This document shows, in pieces, positions 49,759 through 58,956 of a stretch of 64,000 nucleotides of DNA (positions are counted from its first letter, which is position 1; each line of letters opens with the position of its first letter). Location: positions 355 to 64,354 of the forward strand of contig CACWOL010000004.1 in the NCBI GenBank assembly GCA_902762495.1, read 5' to 3'. The position numbers and the translations under genes are program-made. Below the pieces are notes generated by a model. The model saw only the letters and a program-made list of their open reading frames with translations, ran no database searches and had not been told where the DNA came from. Source of the DNA: an uncultured bacterium. GTDB taxonomy: Bacteria; Verrucomicrobiota; Lentisphaeria; Victivallales; UBA1829.

Positions 49759-50538
49759 TCATTCCCCGGCGCCGTAATAGACCTCCAATATCAGTAAAAA
49801 CACCGAAATCAGATTGAATCCGGCATGGATCAGCATCGACGGAATGATGGATTTGCTCTTTTCGTATTGCCACTGCAGGAAAAGCGCCAGGATAAACAGC
49901 GGGACCACCGGCATCACGAGCATTTCCCACGGGAACGGCTTCGTCTGGATCATCGTCGGCAGCGACACATGGAACAGCGCGAACACCAGCGAGATCACGA
50001 CGGCCGCCTCTTTTCTATAAAGGAATACGCGAACGAACCGGTAGAAGATATGACGGAAGGCAAGTTCCTCGGTGATCGGCGCGGCGATCACGGAGATCAG
50101 CGCGAACCCGAAGAACGCCAGCGGCTTCAGCGTCCGGAAGAACTCCACGACGGACTGCTCCTTCGGTTCGTGTCCGACCGCCTTCAGCAGATACGTCAGC
50201 CCGGTCTGCGCGCCGAGCGTGGCGAGGACTGCCAGCACGAACACGGGGAACAGGAAGCGCAGGGAAAACTCGGGGGCCATGCTCAGGCCCATTTTATCTT
50301 TCAGCGAGTATTTCTGTTCCGTGCAAAGCGCGGCGGCCAGCACGGACAACACGACCAGGCCATCCTGGATCAGGAATTGCGCCGCCACCAGCATGTTCTT
50401 GCCCATGTGCGGCGACAGGGCTTTCACGATCTGCGCCGAGAACACGGCGTACGCGGCCCAGGTCAGCAGGATCAGCACGAACGCCGTGCAGACGAATGCG
50501 CTGCGGCGTCCGGTAAAGGTATCGTAGTTCAGTCTCAT
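49759..50538 (-). CDS. CPBP (CAAX protease/Abi) family intramembrane metalloprotease
   Basis: APITEELAFR, FALFH and HAGFN motifs. Confidence 0.9.
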   Translation of the reverse strand: MRLNYDTFTGRRSAFVCTAFVLILLTWAAYAVFSAQIVKALSPHMGKNMLVAAQFLIQDGLVVLSVLAAALCTEQKYSLKDKMGLSMAPEFSLRFLFPVFVLAVLATLGAQTGLTYLLKAVGHEPKEQSVVEFFRTLKPLAFFGFALISVIAAPITEELAFRHIFYRFVRVFLYRKEAAVVISLVFALFHVSLPTMIQTKPFPWEMLVMPVVPLFILALFLQWQYEKSKSIIPSMLIHAGFNLISVFLLILEVYYGAGE

Positions 50539-52034
50539 TTCGCTTCTCCAAGATGTTTTTCACGCAGATAACGCAGGAACGGCGCGGGATCCGGGACGGC
50601 GCTCCCGGTCAGGCGGCGCAGGAAATCGGACGGGGCGTACTTCGCGCCGAACCGGTAGATACGGTCGCGGAGCACGGACAGCGCATCGTGCGGCGTTTCC
50701 GGCAGGCCGTCGGCGAAAAGACGCTCCTTCAGCATCGCGCCGATCAGGTTGCCCAGCATGTACGTCGGGAAATACCCCACGCCGCCGCTGTACCAGTGGA
50801 CGTCCTGCAGCACGCCTTCGCGGTCGTTCGCGGGACGGATCCCGAAATACCGCTCGAACGTGTCGTTCCAGACCGCCGGAAGGTCGTCCACGGATATTTT
50901 ATCCTCGATGAGGGCCTGTTCCAGCTCCACGCGCAGGATGATGTGCAGGTTGTACGTCACCTCGTCGGACTCCGTGCGGATGAACGACGGCTGAACGAGG
51001 TTCACGGCCTTCAGGAAGGCTTCGAGCGGGACGTTCTTCAGGTTCGCGGGGAACGTGCGGACGAGGTCCGGGTAGAAATTGCGCCAGAATTCGGGCGAGC
51101 GCCCGAGGATGTTCTCCCAGAACCGCGACTGCGATTCGTGGAACGCCAGCGATGCGCCGTCGGAAAGCGGGGTCCCGGCGTATTTCCGCGCGATCCCCTG
51201 CTGGTACATCGCGTGGCCGCATTCGTGGATGCAGCTGAAAATGCAGTTCGCGGGCTCGTTGCGGCGCACGCGGGTCGTGATGCGGACGTCGTCCAGCCCG
51301 AAATCCGTGGTGAAGGGATGCGTGGAGAGGTCGAGGCGGCCGTGGGTGTAGTCGAACCCCATCGCTTCGGTCAGACGGCGGCAGAACGCCAGCTGGGCGT
51401 CCGCGTCGTAGTCGAGATGCAGGAACGAATCGTCGGGCGCGGGCTTCGCCATGATCTCGGCGAGGAGAGTTTCAAGGCCCTGTTTGAGCGGCGGGACGAT
51501 CTTGTCGAGCGTTTCGGACGTGAGCCCTTCCTCGTAGTCGTCGAGCATGGCGTCGTATCGGCTCCCCGCCTCGGGGAAACAGTCGGCGTATTCGCGCTGG
51601 AGCGCCAGCAGTTTTTTCAGGGAATCGGCGCAGAGACGGAAATCCGACGCGGCGTAGGCCGCCTCCCACGCCGCCTGCGTCTCGCCGTTCTGGCGCGCGA
51701 GGCGTCCGGCAAGCTCGGCGGGGACCGCCTGTTTCTTGCGGAGATCGCGTTCGAGGCGGCGGACCAGCGCGGCTTCGTCGCTGTCCGGTTCGAAATCCAT
51801 CGCGGCGGCCTCGCGGACCAGATCGGCGTAGGCCGGATCGGTCGATTTCCCGTGCACGATCACGGTCAGCGTTTCGAGCTGCTGCGCGCGCCCTGCCGCC
51901 GCGCCGGACGGCATGTAGACCTGCTGGTCCCAGCCGAGCACAGCGAGCGCCGCGTTCAGGTCGCGGATCTCGGCGCAGCGTTTCAGCAGCGGGGCCAGCC
52001 GGGGGTCCCAGGGCTGTTTCCGGCAGTCGGTCAT
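50535..52034 (-). CDS. Carboxypeptidase, family M32 (Taq type)
   Basis: HPF, DVRITT, HECGH, HESQSR, LQDVHW and GYFPTY motifs. Confidence 0.95.
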   Translation of the reverse strand: MTDCRKQPWDPRLAPLLKRCAEIRDLNAALAVLGWDQQVYMPSGAAAGRAQQLETLTVIVHGKSTDPAYADLVREAAAMDFEPDSDEAALVRRLERDLRKKQAVPAELAGRLARQNGETQAAWEAAYAASDFRLCADSLKKLLALQREYADCFPEAGSRYDAMLDDYEEGLTSETLDKIVPPLKQGLETLLAEIMAKPAPDDSFLHLDYDADAQLAFCRRLTEAMGFDYTHGRLDLSTHPFTTDFGLDDVRITTRVRRNEPANCIFSCIHECGHAMYQQGIARKYAGTPLSDGASLAFHESQSRFWENILGRSPEFWRNFYPDLVRTFPANLKNVPLEAFLKAVNLVQPSFIRTESDEVTYNLHIILRVELEQALIEDKISVDDLPAVWNDTFERYFGIRPANDREGVLQDVHWYSGGVGYFPTYMLGNLIGAMLKERLFADGLPETPHDALSVLRDRIYRFGAKYAPSDFLRRLTGSAVPDPAPFLRYLREKHLGEAK

Positions 52035-53470
52035 ACCCGGACTTCCTCCTCGGAGGATTTGCGGTCGGCGGCGTGCGCCTCAAGGGCGGGCTTCACGACG
52101 GTCGCGAGGTAGTCGGCGACCTGCTGGGACGCCATGCCGGTGAACGCCTCCGGCTTCAGGATTTCGTCGAAGCGGTCCGCCACGGAGGCGAAGAGCGGAT
52201 CGGTCTTGAGGCGGGCGATCAGGTCGTTTTCGCCGCCGCCCTCCTTCACGGTGCGCGCGGCCTCCATGGAGTGCATGCGGATGTGCTCGTGGAGTTCCTG
52301 GCGGTCGCCGCCGGCCTTCACGGCCTCCATGATGATGTTTTCGGTGGCCATGAACGGCAGTTCGGCGCGGATGTGGGCGGCGATGACCTTCGGCCACACC
52401 TGAAGCCCGTTCGTGATGTTCGTGAGCAGCGACAGGATCACGTCCGCGGTCAGGAACGCCTCGCCGATCACGATGCGGCGGTTCGCCGAATCGTCCAGCG
52501 TGCGCTCGAACCACTGCACGGACTCCGTGAGCGCGCAGTTCAGCGGCAGGCCGATCAGGTAGCGCGCCAGCGAGCAGACGCGTTCGCTGCGCATCGGGTT
52601 GCGCTTGTACGCCATCGCGCTGGAGCCGACCTGTTTCTTGCCGAACGGCTCCTCGATCTCCTTCATGTGCGCGAGCAACCGGATGTCGTTCGCCATCTTG
52701 GACGCGCTCTGGGCGATGCCGGAGAGGACCGCCAGCACGCCGTAGTCGATCTTGCGCGTGTACGTCTGGCCGCTCAGGCACACCGGATGCTCGAATCCCA
52801 TCTTCGCGGAGACCATGCGGTCGAGCTCGCGCACCTTGTCGCAGTCGCCGCCGAAAAGGTCCAGGTAGCTCGCCTGCGTCCCGGTGGTGCCCTTCGCGCC
52901 GCGGAACGGCAGTTCGTCGATGGCGCGGTCAAGCGCGGTCAGGTCGAACATGAAGTCCTGGATGTAGAGGGAGAAGCGCTTGCCGAGCGTGGTGAGCTGG
53001 GCGGGCTGGAAATGCGTGAAACCGAGCATCGGCATGGATTTGTGTTCGGCGGCGAACTTCGCGAGGTTGTCGATCAGGTCCAGCAGCTTCGAGCGCAGGA
53101 TCTTCATGCCGTCGCGCATCTGGATCAGCTCGGTGTTGTCCGTCACGAAGCAGCTCGTCGCGCCCAGGTGGATGATGCCTTTCGCCTTCGGGCAGACCTC
53201 GCCGAACGTGCGGATGTGGCTCATCACGTCGTGCCGCACCTCCGCCTCGATCCGCTCCGCTTCCTCGAAGTCGATATCGTCGAGGTGCGCGCGCATTTCG
53301 TTCAGCTGCTCGTCGGTGATCGCCAGTCCAAGCGCCTGTTCGCTCTCGGCGAGCGCGAGCCAGAGACGCCGCCAGGTGGAGTGCTTCCGCTGGGGCGAGA
53401 AATTGTAGCTCATTTCCTTGCTTGCGTAACGTCCGGTCAGGGGGTTCTGATAGGTCGTGTAATCCTTCAT
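52031..53470 (-). CDS. purB: Adenylosuccinate lyase
   Basis: RHDV, HLGATS, THFQPAQ and [11 protein letters not shown] motifs. Confidence 0.96.
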   Translation of the reverse strand: MKDYTTYQNPLTGRYASKEMSYNFSPQRKHSTWRRLWLALAESEQALGLAITDEQLNEMRAHLDDIDFEEAERIEAEVRHDVMSHIRTFGEVCPKAKGIIHLGATSCFVTDNTELIQMRDGMKILRSKLLDLIDNLAKFAAEHKSMPMLGFTHFQPAQLTTLGKRFSLYIQDFMFDLTALDRAIDELPFRGAKGTTGTQASYLDLFGGDCDKVRELDRMVSAKMGFEHPVCLSGQTYTRKIDYGVLAVLSGIAQSASKMANDIRLLAHMKEIEEPFGKKQVGSSAMAYKRNPMRSERVCSLARYLIGLPLNCALTESVQWFERTLDDSANRRIVIGEAFLTADVILSLLTNITNGLQVWPKVIAAHIRAELPFMATENIIMEAVKAGGDRQELHEHIRMHSMEAARTVKEGGGENDLIARLKTDPLFASVADRFDEILKPEAFTGMASQQVADYLATVVKPALEAHAADRKSSEEEVRV

Positions 53471-53616
53471 TCTGCGAACCTTTCGTGGGGGATGCCCGTT
53501 ATTTTATAATTATGGAATTGAATTTTCACAGCATTGAATATACACCATTTTTCCCGTTCTTCAACCGCGCGCGCCATTTTTCCTCAAATTTCCCCCGTTT
53601 TCTCCCAAAAAGGAAG

Positions 53617-53657
53617 CGCCGGACCCGGTTTCATTCGGATCCGGCACATTTGATGTC
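53617..53657 (-). repeat. Terminator-like hairpin; direct-repeat partner of 58899-58942
   Basis: CGCCGGACCCG..TCGGATCCGGC is present at both sites, each downstream of a minus-strand gene. Confidence 0.75.
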
Positions 53658-53690
53658 CTCTGTGGATGGGTGTCAACAAAACACCGTTTT

Positions 53691-56462
53691 TCACACGATG
53701 TGCGATCCCTCGAAGATGCGTTCCGAGGTAAAGTCGAGGAAGGCTCCGATAGAGGACAGTGCGGCGAATTGGGCGGAACCGTCGTCGCCGAATTTGAGCG
53801 TGATCTGTTCTGCCGCGACGCCGGAGACCTTGACGCTGTTGTCGCCGTCCATATAGGTCAGCGTTTCTGCATTCCAGTTCGCTTCACTGCCGGATGCGAA
53901 CCACAGCGTGACGGTGCCTGACACGAGCTGTTCCACATTATCCACGCCCCAATTATCGCAGAAGGTGAAGACATCCTCACCACCGCCACCGTGCAAGCGG
54001 TCATTTCCAATGCCACCGGCGATCACATCATTGCCGGATGCACCGACAATGCGGTCGTTTCCAGCATCACCGAACAGGAAATTGTCGCCCTTGTTTGCCC
54101 AGATGGTATCGTTGCCTTCACCACCTCGAATCGTCAGACCTTCGCCGATGTACTCGAACCGTTGACTGGTCATGTCTACGATGTCGGCACCTGCACCAGC
54201 TCTGATTTCGTCAATTTGAGCGATACGCGACTGTTTCTCTGCAACATTCCCTGGAGACGCCGTGTAAATATCGTCCACGAATAACGTATCGCCGTTGTCA
54301 TCATCCGTCATGAGCAGGATGTTCGCATCGGTCGAGCCTTCGATGATGTCCGCAAGCTTGTTCTTGCCGGAAACAGAGGCATACTCGTTCGTTCCAGCCC
54401 AATCGTTGATAGATCCGACGTGCTGCGCCAGATAACCAGATTCCCAAGTGCCGACAGCATTGGCGAAGAATACATCCGCATTACCGTCTGCATCGGACTT
54501 GATGAGTTGCGGTTTAATGTCGCTCTCGGGAGCAACGATTGGATCGCCAGTCATCCATTCACTGCTGCCATCCTGCTTAACGCGCATTTGATATGTGCCA
54601 GTCGGCATACGGAAGGCATCAAGCGAGGGTGTCGTGACCGCGAATGTGATTACATGCTCGAAGTTGTCCGGACTGTATTCGACAGTGTACGGCTTGAAGC
54701 CAGAGACAGTAAACGCATCTCCAGTTGTCACTGCGGATTCATTGCCTGCGAAGTCCACCGCCTGCACACTCCAGCTGTAGGATCCGAAGTCAGCGTTGTT
54801 CAGCACATAATTCGTGTTGCTCGTCCTGACGGAGAACACCAGATCATTGATCAAATAGGTCACGACGTACTCCTTGACTCCGGACTGATTGTCCGTGCTT
54901 CCATTCCAGAGCAACGCGACATCCTGTCCTTCGACAAACGCCCTAACACCTGCCGGATCACTTGGGGCGACCTTGTCAATATTGGAAACTGTGTAGCTGA
55001 CGACCTCGGATTCATTCCCAGATGTATCTACAGCCTTGAAATAGACGGTTCCGTTTTCCCTCACGGTCACACCATCCACATATGCGGACCACTCGCCAGC
55101 CTCGCCGAGCTTGAACAGGGATTGTGCCAGTTCAACGTCATCGGCGAAATCCGCCGTCAGCACGACATCCTGATTCGTCAGTGTGGTTGTGCTCGCTTGA
55201 ACATTCGACACTGTCGGAGCTGTAGTATCCGGCGGTATGGGCCCTGCGACACTCAAAAAGAGGGTTTCATCGCAAATCTGCAACGTGTAAGTGTCTTCGC
55301 CTACTTCAAACGATTCCCCGACTTTGAGCGTACCAAGGGATTTCCCCGTTGTATTCTTTACCGTAATCGTACCGTCGAATTCAGACGCTGCATCTGCAAG
55401 CCTGTAGATGCCCGTTTCCTGATTGTCTTTGACTGCAATCGTGTAGTCCGGTGTCCCCTGAATCAGCGACCAGTCACTCAACAACGCTTTTTTTTCTTCA
55501 TCACTCTGTGTTAAGTCAAAAACAATAAGCGCCCCATCTTCGACCGTACATAAAGCTCCATTTTCGATATTAATCTTTCCTGTAATTATTCCACCAGCAA
55601 AGATTTTTACAGTGCCACCAATGGATACAACGAGATTATTAAGCAAACCTCCAGAAGAAACAAAAACTTGTCCACTATGTTTTATCTTAGTTTCATTCGC
55701 TACTCCACCACTAAAAACATATATGTTTCCACCGGAGTTTGCAGTTATATCATTCCCTGTTGTTGAGGAGTGAATAGTTGTAATAGCATCAGAGATGGAT
55801 AAATCAGAAAAAGTATTAGAGAGAAAAGAACATGTTCCTCCTTCTTGGATATCAACAGCTCCACCATTTTCGACAAAAGATTCCCCTTTTCCCCTTTTAT
55901 TTATCCTAATACGGCCACCAGCATTGACAAGGACATGATTCGCAACGCCATCATTTATCCACATGCTTCCGCCATTGTTTATTACAGTATTATTTGCTGT
56001 TCCCAACTCAATTTGAACGCTCCCACCGGAGTTAACTATGGTACTATCTGCTATTCCACCCCAGATATCAAACAAACCATTTTTATATATTTCTGTGTTA
56101 GTAGCAGTTCCACCGGAATAAACGTGAAATCCGCCCTTACTGTTGATAATTGTACTATCCGCAACTCCCCCAGAAATGCCAACCCAACCACTACTGTTGA
56201 GAATAGTTCGAGTCAACTGCCCACCAAAAACATGAATAGAACCAGAGTTAGCTATGGTATTATTTACAACACCACCAGAAGAAATAAGCATACGGCCTTT
56301 TGAAAGCGTAGTGCTATTCACAGCACCTCCGGAAGAGACAAACATATCACCACTTTTGATTGTAGTAGACAGGGCTATTCCTCCGTCAAGAACAGTCATT
56401 GTATCATTTTCAAGAATAATTCCGCTACTGACTTCGCCATTGGGAACAATGTATTCAGCCAT
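53691..56462 (-). CDS. AIDA-like repeat beta-helix protein with Ig/Fn3-like domains and RTX-like Ca-binding repeats (probable T1SS-secreted surface protein)
   Basis: SSGGxANSTTVNSGG-type repeats; DTTAPTV..AVDTSGNES..IDKVAP; GGEGNDTI/GDAGNDRI/GGIGNDRL nonapeptides; no signal peptide. Confidence 0.8.
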   Translation of the reverse strand: MAEYIVPNGEVSSGIILENDTMTVLDGGIALSTTIKSGDMFVSSGGAVNSTTLSKGRMLISSGGVVNNTIANSGSIHVFGGQLTRTILNSSGWVGISGGVADSTIINSKGGFHVYSGGTATNTEIYKNGLFDIWGGIADSTIVNSGGSVQIELGTANNTVINNGGSMWINDGVANHVLVNAGGRIRINKRGKGESFVENGGAVDIQEGGTCSFLSNTFSDLSISDAITTIHSSTTGNDITANSGGNIYVFSGGVANETKIKHSGQVFVSSGGLLNNLVVSIGGTVKIFAGGIITGKINIENGALCTVEDGALIVFDLTQSDEEKKALLSDWSLIQGTPDYTIAVKDNQETGIYRLADAASEFDGTITVKNTTGKSLGTLKVGESFEVGEDTYTLQICDETLFLSVAGPIPPDTTAPTVSNVQASTTTLTNQDVVLTADFADDVELAQSLFKLGEAGEWSAYVDGVTVRENGTVYFKAVDTSGNESEVVSYTVSNIDKVAPSDPAGVRAFVEGQDVALLWNGSTDNQSGVKEYVVTYLINDLVFSVRTSNTNYVLNNADFGSYSWSVQAVDFAGNESAVTTGDAFTVSGFKPYTVEYSPDNFEHVITFAVTTPSLDAFRMPTGTYQMRVKQDGSSEWMTGDPIVAPESDIKPQLIKSDADGNADVFFANAVGTWESGYLAQHVGSINDWAGTNEYASVSGKNKLADIIEGSTDANILLMTDDDNGDTLFVDDIYTASPGNVAEKQSRIAQIDEIRAGAGADIVDMTSQRFEYIGEGLTIRGGEGNDTIWANKGDNFLFGDAGNDRIVGASGNDVIAGGIGNDRLHGGGGEDVFTFCDNWGVDNVEQLVSGTVTLWFASGSEANWNAETLTYMDGDNSVKVSGVAAEQITLKFGDDGSAQFAALSSIGAFLDFTSERIFEGSHIV

Positions 56463-56531
56463 TTTGAATTCACCATTTGTTATCTGTTATTGTTCATTTG
56501 AATTCGGAAAGAATTCGTCGTTTGCAAGTCC

Positions 56532-57140
56532 TTATCGAATCAAATCACATAACGACAAATGTTCCCCATCTGTCGTCTTTCTTATAAAAGCCTGTTCTGG
56601 AGTTATATTGCTTACTGGTCGTGTATAAGGAATATCTTCTGAAATTGGCGGCATAACCGCATCGTGTAAAACAACAAAGTATCTTCTATAATCGTTGCCT
56701 AAAATATAACATCGATGGAAACGAGCAAGAATTGCATGAAGAAAATCCAACAAACAGGAACTGCTTCTTAGCTGTGATACATAGTCTTCATAATTGTCCC
56801 CCTCCATTTGCGGAGTTGTTGCTACCGCTGATTGAGAATGTACAGAGGATTTTAGTTCAACAAAAACAGCAACCTTGTTGCCTTCAAATTCCGATAATAG
56901 GATATAGTCGCACTGCACGCCCCCATATCCACTAGTAAAGTATTTCATTTTTGTTTTATCCGGTTTTAGTGCCAGATAATTTGGTGTCAAATCAGAAACA
57001 AATACCCTTCTTAAAGTCGCATGTTCTCCTCGCTCTTCCAAAACAAAAGAATCAGAAGAATAATTTCTTTTTACACTATCCAAAAGGACTTTATTCAGCA
57101 AAGATATTTCTTTTGCTGTTGGCTTGATATTACTCGCCAT
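56532..57140 (-). CDS. Hypothetical protein with a PD-(D/E)XK-like motif
   Basis: CDYILL..VFVELKS..SQL; AAAGGAGG RBS inside the ATPase 3' end; AT-rich. Confidence 0.6.
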   Translation of the reverse strand: MASNIKPTAKEISLLNKVLLDSVKRNYSSDSFVLEERGEHATLRRVFVSDLTPNYLALKPDKTKMKYFTSGYGGVQCDYILLSEFEGNKVAVFVELKSSVHSQSAVATTPQMEGDNYEDYVSQLRSSSCLLDFLHAILARFHRCYILGNDYRRYFVVLHDAVMPPISEDIPYTRPVSNITPEQAFIRKTTDGEHLSLCDLIR

Positions 57141-58482
57141 AAAGGATCCTCCTTTGAAGCGCGTTGACCTCGCGAATAGATTCGTCAAAACTAGTAACTT
57201 CAATGCCATATTTTTGATTGATATCCATTTGCTTTACTGTACCATCTTCAGCGATATAGCATTTGACTTTTTTGGGGGATAGCAGACAATTAAGATGTTT
57301 TTTATCATAGCCCAGTTCTTTTACAATATTCTTTAACCGGGGCGATTTGGCATTGTTTAACATGATCAAAGTGTTAAGTTCGCGGATAATATAATCGCTA
57401 TGAGTTGTAACAGCGACATAAATATCTGCATTCACCAGCATTGCTAGCAGTCGTGCGATTTTTCTTTGATTTTCAGGATGCAAATTCAGCTCAGGCTCGT
57501 CAATGACTAAGCATTGGGCATATTTGGATTTGTGTTTCAAATAAAAGTTAAGTTCCATTAAAGAACGTACCGAACTAGAACTTTCCAACATTGTCAATCC
57601 TGTATTTGTACCAAATGGAACAAATGTTACAATGTTGGGTTCTACTAGACGATACTCGCCTCCAACAATACTAGCAAAATATTCTAATATTTCTGGGTGT
57701 TTTTTTGCTATATACCCTTTTTCTTGAATTGCTTCATCAAAGCGGCATACGAATTCCAAATCCTTGTTCATTGGGCGGGGATGTCCGCGAAAGTCCATTT
57801 TTTGATACAATTCTTCTATTTTCTGATCAACATTTTCCTGTTTTGAAGAAACAGATCTTGAAACAACAAAATCAGTGCGAAACGCCGCTGCACCCGTCCG
57901 TTCACAGGTTATAATAAACAATTCAGGAATTGCAGTTTTCAAAACAGCAATCAAAGAGTTCGTTAAAACTTGTGTTATTACATCTTGATTCGGCAATTCA
58001 TGAGCGTTGTTGTACAATGAAACATCTAAGTATTTTTTTTCTTTTTCCTTAATAACATTTATTGTACAATCCTTTAATGCAGGAATATTCCAATTGAAAT
58101 GGACATATTTCATGACAGCATTTTGGCGTTTCTTTTCGACATGCAAAGAAAGCTTTGTGTTTTTGTATAAATCTTCATGAGCCGCCATTTGTCTTGCCAT
58201 TTCATTTTTTATCCAAGGCGCCATAGATGATTCAATGTATTGATTAATATTGCTTAAAAATGGCTCAAGGGGGATGCTAATCTTCCCTTTTTCCAGAAGC
58301 TGTTCCGCATATTGATTATCCATGGGAACTTTCAAGTAGTAATGAATAGCATCAATATAGTTAAACGCATTATAGGTTATATATGTTTTTCCTGTATTGT
58401 TTTTTCCGCACAAAATAGTCAAATCACCGAATTCTAATTCGGCATTTTTGATTAAACCGGCATTTTGAATTGTAAATTTCAT
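57130..58482 (-). CDS. ABC-fold (AAA_15/AAA_21-like) ATPase
   Basis: Walker A CGKNNTGKT, degenerate signature SSSSV, Walker B/D-loop VIDEPELNLHP, H-loop TTHS; AAGGAG RBS; AT-rich. Confidence 0.9.
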   Translation of the reverse strand: MKFTIQNAGLIKNAELEFGDLTILCGKNNTGKTYITYNAFNYIDAIHYYLKVPMDNQYAEQLLEKGKISIPLEPFLSNINQYIESSMAPWIKNEMARQMAAHEDLYKNTKLSLHVEKKRQNAVMKYVHFNWNIPALKDCTINVIKEKEKKYLDVSLYNNAHELPNQDVITQVLTNSLIAVLKTAIPELFIITCERTGAAAFRTDFVVSRSVSSKQENVDQKIEELYQKMDFRGHPRPMNKDLEFVCRFDEAIQEKGYIAKKHPEILEYFASIVGGEYRLVEPNIVTFVPFGTNTGLTMLESSSSVRSLMELNFYLKHKSKYAQCLVIDEPELNLHPENQRKIARLLAMLVNADIYVAVTTHSDYIIRELNTLIMLNNAKSPRLKNIVKELGYDKKHLNCLLSPKKVKCYIAEDGTVKQMDINQKYGIEVTSFDESIREVNALQRRILYGE

Positions 58483-58603
58483 ATAAAAAACTCCTTGGTA
58501 TATCAAAAAGAAATCAGGCGTTGTGTGCACAATTTTTTAAATAAAACGGCAAAAATGAACTTGGCATGAGGAAACATGAAGGATAAATATGGTCCCAGTC
58601 GCT

Positions 58604-58632
58604 AATATACCCCCCTTCCCAGGAAAAATCAA
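58604..58632 (-). promoter_or_regulatory. sigma70 promoter upstream of the ATPase operon
   Basis: TTGATT-17 nt-TATATT on the minus strand. Confidence 0.55.
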
Positions 58633-58892
58633 ATGGTTTTTCTGTTTTTTTAATCTTTTTCAGCTTTTTATAGTGGGAAAGGACGCGATGCGTCCCCGCT
58701 TCGCCGGGGGCGGCTTTGCCGCCTCGGTAGCCTCGCTTACGCTCGGCGACTTTTTTAGATTACTGCTGAGGCGCGAGAGGCGGAGCCTCCGCTGCGGAAG
58801 TGTTCTGCTATGCGAGAACACGAAGACCGCGGAGCGGATTATGCAATCAGGGCAGGCGCAGGCAGACGGTCTGGCGGAGGCAGAATCCGAGC

Positions 58893-58930
58893 AGAAAACG
58901 CCGGACCCGAGTTTTGTCGGATCCGGCGCG
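58893..58930 (-). terminator. Terminator of the GH43 gene
   Basis: CGCCGGATCCGA-CAAAAC-TCGGGTCCGGCG-TTTT on the minus strand. Confidence 0.75.
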
Positions 58931-58956
58931 ATTGATCATGTCGTCAGGTATGGAGA

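Noticed and set aside
49759-50538. CPBP/Abi protein as phage defence
   Set aside because: The Abi label is historical. The gene has host-like composition and is coupled to the purB-M32 peptidase operon.
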